64,000 bases of DNA from Moniliella sp. 'wahieum' (taxonomy: Eukaryota), in NCBI GenBank assembly GCA_003971905.1, contig RSEE01000015.1, forward strand, positions 682,001 through 746,000, in the 5' to 3' direction. Below are positions 42,955 through 54,421 of this stretch, piece by piece; the first letter of the stretch is position 1, and every line of letters starts with the position of its first letter. The notes beneath the pieces are model-generated. The model worked only from the letters and a program-made list of their open reading frames with translations, was not told where the DNA came from and searched no databases. Made by a program: the position numbers and the translations under genes.

Positions 42955-43559
42955 GGCCTGAGTGGCGAGGAGGGAAAGGAAGCGTAGCGGACGGACGCGG
43001 GGGAGGGGAGGCACTGCGGCTGCAGCCGAGGGAAGACAAACAGAGGGTCAGTGTGAATAGAGGCGGCCAAAAACAGCTTCGTTTCACCACTTACCTAGGG
43101 CAGAACAGGGAAAGCCTTAGAAGGCAATGGGTACTGGGCGCTGGCGAGGCGAGGCGTATGAGCCAGACGCGCTTCGCCGGAAGCTGTGTGCTTGCCAGGC
43201 AACGTGTATGGACTGGCCGAGGGTGGCACAGGTGGCGGCGGGTGGCGGCGGGTGGCAGCTGGGCAGGCAGTGGCGACCGGTGGGGGAGGCGGGCGCGCAA
43301 GTCAGGATGGTGACTTGATAGCAGGCGCGCAGCAAACGAGGAGGCCGTGAAAGGAGGCAGGGGAGGTAGCAATGTTGCGGCACAGCAGCCACTTCACTGA
43401 CGCCGAAGGAAGAAAGAGGAGAGAGACGGAGGGGCGGAGGAGAGGAGAACGAGGTGTGGGGAATGGTGCTAGGGCTGCCACTGGCAACGGCAACGGCCAT
43501 GGCAATGCAATTGGTACCTGCGGCTGTCGTTCCTGCTGCAGCTGCTCGCCCCTCGACCA

Positions 43560-46130
43560 CACTGGCTGGGCGGACAGTGCTCGCCGTCAGGCCTGAGCTC
43601 AGGCCTTCCGGCCAAGGAGGCGCAGGGAGCCCCCACGAGGCATGAGGCGCTGAGGCTGCCCCAGCCTTGAGACGACGGAATATGGATGAGGATGGGATCT
43701 CAGATCTCAGATCTCCGATCCCATGAGGTCACCGGCCAGGGAAAGCCAGGGACCAAAAAGAGGCGCCCAGGCACCTGCCAGCGTGCCCCCCGAGATCGGG
43801 GAAATCTGAGACGTCGAAGCCGTCGCAGCCGAGGGGGTATGATTCAGACTGGCGATCGATGGGTGAGTTCTAGTACTGAGCAACTCTGACAGGTGGCATG
43901 CATGACATGTGCATGCGAGCGCTCAGCCTCAGGCCTGAGCCTCAGGCCCCAGCGCCTCAGCGCTCAAGGCGCTCAGGCTGAACACACGTACACTCAGTAA
44001 CGTTCAACATGTTCAACGTTCAACGTTCAACGAACGTTCAACGTCAAGCTTCAAGCTCTTCAAGTGAGAGCAGTCACGCGTCACGTCATCCTAGTCATCT
44101 AGTCATCGATCATCAATATCCAGGCGGTCGCCAACGGTTGCTGGTCGAGCATCGAATGGGAAAGTCTGAATCTTCCATCCCCACGCCAGTGAGAACTGCA
44201 CGGAACTCAACCTGAGGCCTTAGCCCAAGGCCTAAGGCTTGAAGCTTGAAGCTTCAAGTCGGCTAGCGTTCCGCTCCGAACGCCGCCCGTTGGGGTCCAA
44301 CAGGCGGTCAAAATATCTGTGATGCGCCACAAGCGCGCGGGGAGGCATAGTAGGGTATAGGCTGGCACAGCAGGATATAGTCTGAGATCTGAGAGCCCTA
44401 GTCACAGTCACGTTCCACATGTCTCGCATGTCACATGCTTGTCACCAGCCTGAGATCGCGCTGAGCGCTGTGTCGGCGACGGATCGGGCGTCTCCCGGCG
44501 TCTCGAGTCTCTGCCCTGGGAGCCTCGGGCCTCCGGACCGAGCACTTGGTACTTACAGCCCGACAGTAAGTGTCCACGCCGCAGGACACCTGGAGATCGG
44601 AGCCTCTCCTGGTGATTCGAACAGGGCGCAGAAAGCACAAGGGCGCCACGGAGACTAGAGAACGCCATTAGTGGACACTGCCCCCACCCCACATCTTGCT
44701 GACTTGACCGGGTGACCCTCATCAGCGGTCAGCGCTCTGAGCACCCCCGAGCGAGCTCAGCCTGTTCATGCCCTGGGATGCAGTGTGCAGTATGCCCTGG
44801 TACACATCACCCGATCGCCTGGTACCATGCCGCATGTGTCGCAACGCCATGCGTCCACTAGCCACCATCGATCGCCTCGATCACTGGTCACTGGTCACCG
44901 ATCACATGTCACATGTCCATGTCATTAATGGACGATCAGAGAAGCCTTGGGTCGGACGTCCCCCCTCTTTTGTGTCCAGTTGTGCTATCACGTGTTGTCA
45001 ACAAATGTCACGATGCTAGCGTACGACTTGGGAGCCCTCGGGGATCCTGCGGAATCAGCTGCAACAGCTTTCCGACGCAAAGTGGTGAGCGCTGTGAGAC
45101 TGAGCCACACAAGTCTTTTCAAGGAGATTTTTGAAGGGAAGGAGACACGAGGACAGACAAGGGGGGGCGGGGAAGAGACCAGGAGCTGCAAAGCCTGCTT
45201 CAGCTTGGTAACCCTTCCGTACGACTATTTAGCGCATATGCATAAGCAAGGGTCTTGATCACCTTGAAGCAACAAGGAGCTTATAAGTAGGCACTTAGGG
45301 CCTGGGAGAAGACCCCTAGCGTTACCTTGTGTTATACTAGCGGTACGCGTTACGCGCTATTGCGCGTTCCAGTGAAACGTTAACGCGTACATTACGGGGT
45401 ATTTCTTGTTCCGCACTGTCCGGCATCGATCATCCTGGAGAGCAGGTGGCCGGTGGGCAAGTAAACGCTATGAAAGCACATTCTTTGGTGCTGCAGGACC
45501 GGGGACGCGAGATCGAAGATTGATTATTGATTAATGATTGTCGATTGGATATCGATGGTCGATGATCGATGATCGATGATCGATGATCGATCGATGATGG
45601 GCAGTATAGAATACGGCTTGCAAGGCTAGTGGCTGGTGTGCACCCTGTGCAGCTACCCTGCCCGATGTTGCAGCGCCATCGAGCCACCGTAACGCATAAC
45701 GCGTAAATCCTCGGCCATCGTCGGCTGCATTGTGTGGCGTGCTGAGAGCTGGACGGCAAAGAGCGGATGGTCGTTGCTCGATGCTCGATGCTCGACGCTC
45801 GACGCTCAATGCCCGATGCTCGATGCTTGACGGGTGCTCGCTGCTAATAAGCGGCTAAGCACTAACTCCTATCTATTCCGCCCCTGTCGCCCCCCCCTCT
45901 CTCCCTGGCCACGACAAGCCGGTGCGTTGCGTTGGCGTGTGGGGGTGGTATGCAATGCTGTCCTACTGAGCGCTGGCGAGCGCTCAGGCTGAGCGGCTGA
46001 GCAGTGGTCAGGTGCCGGTGACCGGTAACTCAGCCACTCGTCCCACACCATGCACACCACCTAGTACTCAATCTGAGTACTCACACTCACATTCTCATCA
46101 CTAGCATCACTAACTAGTCACTAGTCACTC
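43560..46130. repeat. Dense cluster of 7-bp-period palindromic microsatellites upstream of WC-1
   Basis: (TCAACGT)n, (TGAAGCT)n, (TGATCGA)n, (TCAGGCC/TCAGCGC), (TCACTAG), (TCACATG), (TGCTCGA)n all seen directly. Confidence 0.85.
45337..45367 (-). mobile_element. Possible canonical Helitron 3' end
   Basis: Minus strand: hairpin ACGCGC-AATA-GCGCGT, 11-nt spacer, CTAG|T; single occurrence, short stem. Confidence 0.3.
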
Positions 46131-47891
46131 TAAGCACAAGTCCCGATTGTGACATACATCAGACATCAGCACATGCATCACACCCGTGTGGCTTTTATAT
46201 AAGCGGCCACAAAAAGATGGTACTTCAACAGGACTATAGTAACAGTCACTTTTTCTCCATAAAGCGGTCGTGGAAACAGATGCTACAAGTGATATCGCAG
46301 CAGGGCAACCTGCAAGCATGGATACTAACTTTTTTGTGATGGATGAAGTTGAGACCAATTGAAAACGTGGTGATGGATTCTCTCGGGGAGGGAAATTATG
46401 ACGCTTGCGTGGAGAGGAACTTGGGAACGAAGAAGAGAAGGGCAGATATGCCGGCACCGCTATGAAGGGTGGATTTAGCACACGAGGAATGTTCATAATC
46501 CCTGAAAACTCAGAGAGAGGAAAAGCTGCATTGCCCCCTCTATCAGACAGATTGTAAGAAGACAATACCAAAAAAAACCAGTACGCACCAACAAGATCCG
46601 CGTTCTGTACCGGGGTCATGGGGACGCCAGGATTCATTGTCATGATGACGGCTCCGCAATGACAAGGTTTGGTCATACTTTGGAAAGAGCGGTAAGCGGC
46701 ATATTGGAGTAATATTTGGATGTTCTCGCATACATATGCTCTCGCCTTGCAGACGCCCGCTCATATTCGCTCTCGCTGATGTATCCGATTAGGACAATAT
46801 TATAGTGATTGAGGGAACCAGAAAGACCTGATTGTGTTAGGCTTTTGGTGGGATTCTGCAAAAGAATACTAGCGGTATCGTACCACAATTTGTTTTCCCT
46901 GCGCACCAACCCTTGCCTTCCTTCTACCACTGCAAACGAAAGAAAAAGTAATACCTTTGTGAGTCTGGTAGAGTAGATAATGGGAGAACGTGATGGATCG
47001 GTGTGCTGTAGAGAATCCGAGTGCCAAAAAAGCATCTATATAGGAGACCAGTCTGTGGGCGCAGGAGGGGGGATGAGGAATATATGGGAGAGAATGGAGA
47101 GGATATGGTCAGTACTAAGGTCAGATTGTGCACGCAGACACGATCTCTGCAGAGGGTGGAAGGTCGTCTCAAAGGTATGTATGGAGTTTGCTGTATATAT
47201 CATTGGGATGATGCATTTGTGCTTTTTCGCCTTCCTTCAAACCGAACCCCGACAACGCCTCACGTTTGGGCTTTCCCATACCGTGCGTTTCTTCTCAGAC
47301 TGATGCTGCTTCAACACTAAATTGTTCTCGGGGCTGTTCCAGCGTTAGACTTCGTTGTGGATCAGCTTGACAGTTGGGCCAAAAAGAGTTGTGCTTCTGT
47401 TTTCATCGGTCATGACCGAGTACGATGGGATGCAGACCCGGGAGATGGGCTGACGGTGGCGGTACCACAATGGGTCTCGTACAACCCATAGCGGATATGA
47501 ATAAGTGATAAGTTGGGCGAGTGGGACACGTGATTCCAACGTCAAAATGGGCGCTTGAAGCACTTGACGAGCAAACTGTACACAACTCTGACTTTGTTCA
47601 AATTCATCCGCTTTGGCAGCTGTTATAGGGGAGAGATCCCACATGAATGAAGGACGGGACGCTTCCAGAAAGGAGGACAAATGCGGGTGCGAACGAGCTC
47701 CCACAGCCGCTATCTGGAAGCTGGATGCATCCATTGTCCGAGTGGTGCTGATCGATCAGTTCACATCGGTTTAAAACGCGGGGCCAGTCAGAATGGGATG
47801 TACAGGCCTTATTCTGGCTATTACTATCTGACATGAACAACACCAGCCCCCCAGGGGGGCAGTATCACGGGCATAATAAGCCCATGTACAG

Positions 47892-48070
47892 TGTCATAGT
47901 TTGGCTGATCTCGCCCATTTCCAATTTTTCGTCTCGAGCGTCTCGCTCCTTCCCTGTTCCTTCCACTTCGCACCGTGTCCTCTGTTCTTGCTTCTTCCCC
48001 ACGAACGATTGCTACACCCCTTGGCCTAGTCCGATCCTGGTCTCCCTCGCCTTAGCCCCCGACTGTGACA
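47892..48070 (+). mobile_element. Short solo LTR (179 bp) with 5-bp target-site duplication
   Basis: TGTCATAG...CTGTGACA inverted termini flanked by TACAG on both sides (47887-47891, 48071-48075); strand tentative. Confidence 0.75.
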
Positions 48071-48226
48071 TACAGTACAACATTGTGACAGCAGGGTGTG
48101 AAACAAGAGTGGAGGAGAGGTGCTAGTATAGATCTCTCGCTGGCTAATAGAGCCAGGGAGACGTCGTCTACTGCTGCCCACGACGACATCCCGAAAGAGA
48201 AAATGTCATATGCAAAACTTTTGTGG

Positions 48227-48265
48227 TGTTCCCCTGTCTAAGCTCTGTCAATGATATGGATGCAG
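48227..48265 (+). repeat. Dispersed repeat family R, short remnant
   Basis: GTTCCCCTGTCTAAGCTCTGTCAATGATATGGATGCA matches the core of the copies at 33.1, 52.1 and 53.3 kb. Confidence 0.65.
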
Positions 48266-50309
48266 TATATGAGGCCCAAAGGGCTCGTAACCAATGTAAG
48301 GATTTTGTTGGAAACAGGATGCTGGAAAGCTCAATAACGGTGCATTTTGAAAGCCCACCCCCATATGTTTGGCTCCCCCCCGTCGCTCGCCCAAGGACGT
48401 GCTTCAGTCCTTTCTTTGACGTTAGTAAGTAATCCAGCGGCTTTCCTGTGCTGATGTTGGTTGTGAATTACCATGCCTCTGTCCATGCGTGCCTCACATC
48501 TATACACCGCGTTCAGTAAAGGTGAAAAAGTGACGGACTGACAGAGATACGGAGTCCTGCCACTGCTAAGGAGAAAAAGAGGGAAGAGACCGCGTAAATA
48601 CGACCATGTATGAACACCGGGGGGGACGTATAATAGTATAGTATAGTCCAAGTTGGTTGCTCCCTTGATTGCTCTTATGATATCCTGTAAATGTCACAAG
48701 CCCTGTAGTACATTTTTCCATGCGACGAGAGAGTGAAGATCAAATTGGCGGTGTGTACTATCGCTGATGTGATCTTGCCATAATAGAAAAAGCGGGCGAG
48801 TGCTGTTTATCCACGGTAATAGAAGAGCCATACATACTCGTCTCTCTTGTGCATTCTGAATTCAACGCATCTCCACACATAGAAGACTTATAACAGAGAG
48901 ATTATTATATAGATAAATATCATAGAAGACCACAGTGGGGTCACTATAGCAGTGGTGGGGACGCTCTGCCTCCCTCCATTATCGCTTCTAAACCAGATGT
49001 ATATAGGGCGCGTAAACTGATACGAATAATGAGCTTGGAAGACGTGTGAGCCAGGACGGAGATATGCCATCTCCAATCTGCATACGATTACGGTAGAAGT
49101 CAACCGCGCATTAGTATTTCTGATGAGTCAAAACGGCGCAAAAAGAACAGCCCATGGCGTATAATAACCACACAGCTCTCCTCCCACAGCCTCCATCCGC
49201 GCGCATATGGAACGGTGGACTATGGAATATGTTATATAAAGATGTGGACGTCTTGTTCATGTAATCACAAATGCGATTGGAGAGGCCATTAACCCAACTG
49301 TTTTGAAAAAGATGTGCGGCATCTCTCGTGCATCATGATGATCAATGGAGATGTTGTGAGAAAACATGAACAGACTTGGGTTAGTATAAAGTTGACTCTA
49401 TAAGACGTAGTCACATATGTACACTAGCCGGTGAAAAGCACCACATAATAGAACCCAGCAGGTCGAATAGAGGCCCCCAAAAAGGCAGGCGTTTTAACAC
49501 ACACCGTTGCGTATGTGAGCCACGGTGGGGTTTTGTCTTTGTGCAGCTACACTGCATGTAGCTGGACCTCAATCCTCAGCCAGTCTTTTATAATAAAAAG
49601 CTTCATTCTGTTCTCTCAACGAGATGTATAAAACTTCGCCAACATGACGTGGGCCACGGCGCGAGAAAACAGTGGAGATCAACAGGCTCGACACTGCGAT
49701 CCGGGCATGTTCTTTTTGGGTCCACACCCTACCGTTTTCTGTGCGTCTTCCTACACGTCGCCAAAGAAGTGCCATGGTGGTTTCGTGAGCATTGGAATGT
49801 GTGCTTCAGCGGCAACCCCGCTCAGCTCTCTATAGTGACTTCAAACGGGAATGCCGAGAGGACCCCCTCCCCTCTCAAAAGACGCGGCCTTCTGCATTAT
49901 AGCTCTCTCGCTTCCTCATTTTCTCCATTGCAGTGGCGGCAGTGCCTCTACTATAATTTTCAGAAGTTGCAGGCGGCTCAGGTGGCAGCATATAGAAGAC
50001 AGAAGAATTATGTAAAAGGAAACTGTGCTTTACAATCACACTTGCACCTCTCAAGCCTTGGATGAGGATACGTGAGGTCTCTTATTCTTGTTGCTCACAT
50101 GGAAGCGCATTGAACGTTTTGTCACAAGTGGATCCATGGACAGTAGGGTGTTGTGGTCCTGGTCATACATCGAGAGGAAAGATACGGTCCAAGAATGGAT
50201 GCCACGGACTATAACCCTTTCCGGCATTTCACCGGAAACAGCTATATACTGATGTATACCACGCCGCGTGTGTGTATATAATACGATATGTTTATTATAC
50301 ACAGAAGGC

Positions 50310-50495
50310 TATGACGGAGATTGAGCTCGCTCCAATTTCCAATTCTGCGGCCCTGGTATCGGTCTCGTCGCCCTTCCCTTTTGCTTCTGTTTTCTCGACC
50401 AGATGCCTCTTGTTTCCTACCGCGAATCAGTTTGCCAATTCCCCTCCATCTCTACCATGACCTTATGGTCTCCCTCGCTTAGCCCCGCTCTTACA
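50310..50495 (+). mobile_element. Degenerate relative of the 47892-48070 solo LTR
   Basis: Shares CTCGC..CA(A)TTTCCAATT near the start and GGTCTCCCTCGC(C)TTAGCCCC..ACA at the end; no clear TSD. Confidence 0.45.
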
Positions 50496-50646
50496 AAAAG
50501 ACAATAAGGATTTTGTTTTTAAAAAGTAGATTAATAGGGGACATTAACACAGTAGCAACCTCCATCCATAGTAGCTGTCCGCCCTGTAAGATCAGCAAAT
50601 GGATGCCACAGGCGTGATTGAACGAAAATAGAAGTGCCGGTAAGCA

Positions 50647-51262
50647 TTACTCAATGCCGAGCTGCTGCAAGAGGTAGCTGAGGCCGAGCTTGTCCTCGAT
50701 CTCGCTCACGGTGCCACCCAGCAGGCCGTCAAGCTTGTCCTCGAGAGTGGTGACGCCTGTGATCCATATAAAGTCAGTAACGAAAGTGGAGAGGACAAGG
50801 GTTGAACATACCGAGGGCATTATCGATGTACTTGATCAGGTTGCCGAGCTTTTCGATCACACCATCCGGCAGCGTGCCCTGGGTTAGGCCGAGGGATTTC
50901 TCAGCCTGGGTCAGACCAAGGGAGTTTTCAATTTGGGTCTAGATTGAGAAAGGGGTTAGCTCGTTCTCGTTAGAGAACAAGGAGGCGTAACATACGAGAG
51001 AGCCACCGAGGGTCTGGTCAATCTTATCTTCGAGTGCGGTAATTCCAAGACCCTTCTCAATGAGAGAAACGAGCTGGCCCACATTCTGCAACACACCCGT
51101 GGGGGCGTCGCCACGACGTGCAACAGGCACAAAGCCAGAAGCAGCGCGGGGTTGCGCCTGCAGGGCGCGAGCCTCGGCAACCATTGCGCGGTTCCCAGTA
51201 GAAGCTGCCGAGACGGCCGTGATGGCGAGGGCAGCAAAGGCAGCGAGAGAGAGGAACTTCAT
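50647..51262 (-). CDS. Small secreted cysteine-free protein with two internal amphipathic repeats (3 exons)
   Basis: Signal peptide MKFLSLAAFAALAITAVSA; exons 51262-50996, 50938-50812, 50756-50647 with GTATG..AG introns splice in frame to ...SYLLQQLGIE*; dibasic RR before the repeats. Confidence 0.85.
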
Positions 51263-52064
51263 GGTAAAAAAGCGGGCAAAGGCAAAATACAAGGGAAGGA
51301 AGAGGGTGTGTCGTGCTCAGGGAAAGTGAGGCGAGGTGGTGGTGGGAAAACGGTTGCGACGCCGGAGATGAGAGGGGTCTTTAAATACTTGTTTGGCGGT
51401 CCTGCGACTTATCCTGTACACCTATAGCGTTGTAGTGTTTTAAACACCACAAACGCGGCTACTATTGATTGTGAATAGTACGTCTTGTTACTGGTCTATC
51501 TATGATGCATGTGAGCGGTGGGCCTCAGCTGCATCCCATAATTAATCATTCCAGATGGCTACAGACATCGGCTAGATAGGAATGCTCGTGTGGTAAACAA
51601 TCGCGATGATGCAATAGCAGTATCTGTTGAGGGGGGTGGGGGGCACTATGGGCACGGGGTTTTCTCTTCTTAGTACGTTCTTAGTCACCTTCGCGCGAAA
51701 GTCGATCATGATTACAGAACCTTTTTGAGGCCAGGAAGACAATGGGGTCATGTCAGGACATGTACATACATGACAATAGTGTTTGCGCGGTTGTTGAAGG
51801 TAGAGTGTGGGTTGAAGACGTTGAAGCTTGAAGGTAGAGTGGGCGCGAGACTATCCACATTCCATGGAGCCCATGAGTCCGAGAGGGTCTTCTCTATCCC
51901 CATTGTCGCATGCTTGTATACTGATTATAACGAGAATACACCCTCGGCTTACAGGTTACTCCTGGCGATCGGACAGGGGAGTAATATGAAGTGAAATGAT
52001 GCGTAACGCAACCCAGGCGTTCGCGTTATTGCTCGATTGCCGAGTACCCACATAGATGTGTAGT

Positions 52065-52180
52065 ATCCTTGACCTTGGTGGTGCTTCCAAGTAACCCCCG
52101 TAAGATGAACGGTTCGGTTTAGACGTAGCGTTCCCCCTGTCCCAGCCTGAAGCTCTGTCAATGATATGGACGCAACATAG
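52065..52180 (+). repeat. Dispersed repeat family R, copy 2
   Basis: Near-identical to 33098-33210. Confidence 0.85.
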
Positions 52181-53259
52181 GAGGCTCTCTTAGTTACCGA
52201 GCTGCCTCTATGCAGTGGCACAATCTCGCTCTCTGCAATAAGGCTTTTTGTTTCGCATTTGTGTACAAACAACGGCGTTTTCTCGTCTCTACATACATCT
52301 TCTCTAAAAGTCCGGATTGGCCTTGGCAGTGGGGTATCCGGTTTGTATGTACGACATGCACCATATTACACAGGTTTCTAATAGATTTACTGATCGACAA
52401 CCCTTTTCTTTTCACCGCTTTCGCAACCTATAACACAGTAACTAGTAACTATACTAGTGACTCCACTGACTATACTAGTGATTACAAGTACTGCATGAGT
52501 CCGGAGCAGAAGGGGATATCTGGAAAGCCCTTCGACATGCAGATTAAACGTAGAACTCTGCTTCATATATGTTTTCTAAAAAGAATCGTAGAACATACAT
52601 TGCTGAGGCCGGCCTGACGCCTCGGCCTCACCTCAGACTGGGTACTGAGAGTAGTTTTTGCTGTGGATTGTGCTACCTAAGGCCTAACGTACGCTTGAAA
52701 AAGAATCGGCTAATCGCGACTCGATCTCAACGTTCGACGACGTGCAACGTTCAACGCATACGCTCTTGAAGAATATCTCATTCGCTACGCCAGTATGTAT
52801 TACTGGTGTTGCCGCCTTATCGATCTATCGTTCATCGATTAACGTTTAGGTCGTTTAGATGGATTTCGATTACCCCGTATCTTTTTTGTTTGGACGTGCC
52901 GCACAAACAAGTCTGCGACACAGCATGTGACAAATGTTAATGACATGCATAACATGTGACGTGTGACGTGTGGCAGATGATCTCGATGATCGATGGTCGA
53001 TTCGGTGAGCGGCTGAGCGCTGATCGATAACGCACGGGACAATGGAGCTTGACACGCGTGACGCGTGAAGCGTGTGACAGGTATGACATGGTGACATGGT
53101 GACATCGATGACATGGACACGAGGCGGGAGCGCGAGCGCTGTGTGGGGTGGCTAAATTTTAGCACTTTATTGCGAGCACCCCAACTCAGACATGCCGCGA
53201 CGCCACACTTTGTGGCTCTTCTGAGTATACTGAGTGTACTGAGCACACCGCACTGATCC

Positions 53260-53697
53260 TTTGGCGCTACCAAGTAACACATTCAAGATGAACGGGTCGG
53301 TTTAGGCGTAGCGTTTCCCTGTCCCAGCCTTAAGCTTTGTGAATGATATGGACGCAGAGTACTGTACTGAAGCACAAAACCCGGAGCCTGAGGGCTTGGC
53401 GGGATATGGGCTGGTTATGCATGATGCATGATGCCACTAGCGAGGGTACTGTGGCGTCTCGGAGTATCATCAGTCTGATGAGACCTGAAGCCAGATGGTC
53501 CTCGAGGGTGATGCAATCGCACTGGTAGTGTGGTGGTTTAAGCCAACCAGCAACGCCTACAGAGGAACATCAAGCGGCGAGTCGTCACCAGGGGCTAAAC
53601 TGCGGAACAAGGAAAAACAGGAGAGAAAACAACGGAACTCCCAGGCCAAATGAGGAACTGAAGGGGCATTGGCCAAAGAGCCACCTGATGGCTCAAG
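53260..53697 (+). repeat. Dispersed repeat family R, copy 3
   Basis: Matches both blocks of 33098-33459 with a different middle segment. Confidence 0.8.
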
Positions 53698-53708
53698 AAT
53701 ACAGTCCA

Positions 53709-53885
53709 TGTTGGGGCGATGCCCCAATCACGCCATCCTGCGTTTTAGTCATCACCCCTCTCTTTCCGCCCGGAAGCTTCCTCAGCTCTGCGGTACCCTC
53801 GTCTACATAAGGTCCTACCCTTCTCATGGCCTCCTGTACCTCTCTCAGAACCACATCCTCCATTCCACTCCTCTTTCAGCAGTCC
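53709..53885 (+). mobile_element. LTR-like fragment starting TGTTGGGGCGATGCCCCAATCAC
   Basis: Reverse-complement match to 56240-56398 (CTACCCTTCTCAT..CCTCCTGTACCTCTC(C)TCAGAACCACATCCTC). Confidence 0.6.
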
Positions 53886-54421
53886 AAGGTAACCGACGGT
53901 AAAACCCGCTAACTATACTTGCAACTAGTAGCTACAATGGTAACCGGTAACTGTGGCGACCGACGGGATCCATATAAAATGCGCAACGCTGCGCGTAACT
54001 ATACCAACAGTAATAAAGTTTTTAAACTTATTTATTTCCCCGCGGGTCTGACGCCCAACGCACCAACCCAGCCCTTTGTTTGCTGAGAGCACCCTGGACT
54101 TTTATCGATTTTATCAGTGTCGATGATCGACATGATCGATCAATATGATTACCGATTACTGATTGGAATGCCGGGGGGATACCATGGGATGCCCCGCACG
54201 GTGTTCACAAAAAGTCACTAACTCCGTCTGATTTCAGGCTGAACCCTGAACTACCGGGCCAACGCCCATTCAGCCTACTGTTGTTAGATCTTAGGATATC
54301 TAGGTCTTAGATTTTCAATCCTTTAGATCTTCTCGATGCTCGGTTTTGTTGCGCGGGCCATGGGTGAAGCTGATCGTACAATACTGCGCTGAATACGAAT
54401 GGAATACCAATGGAAAGAAGT

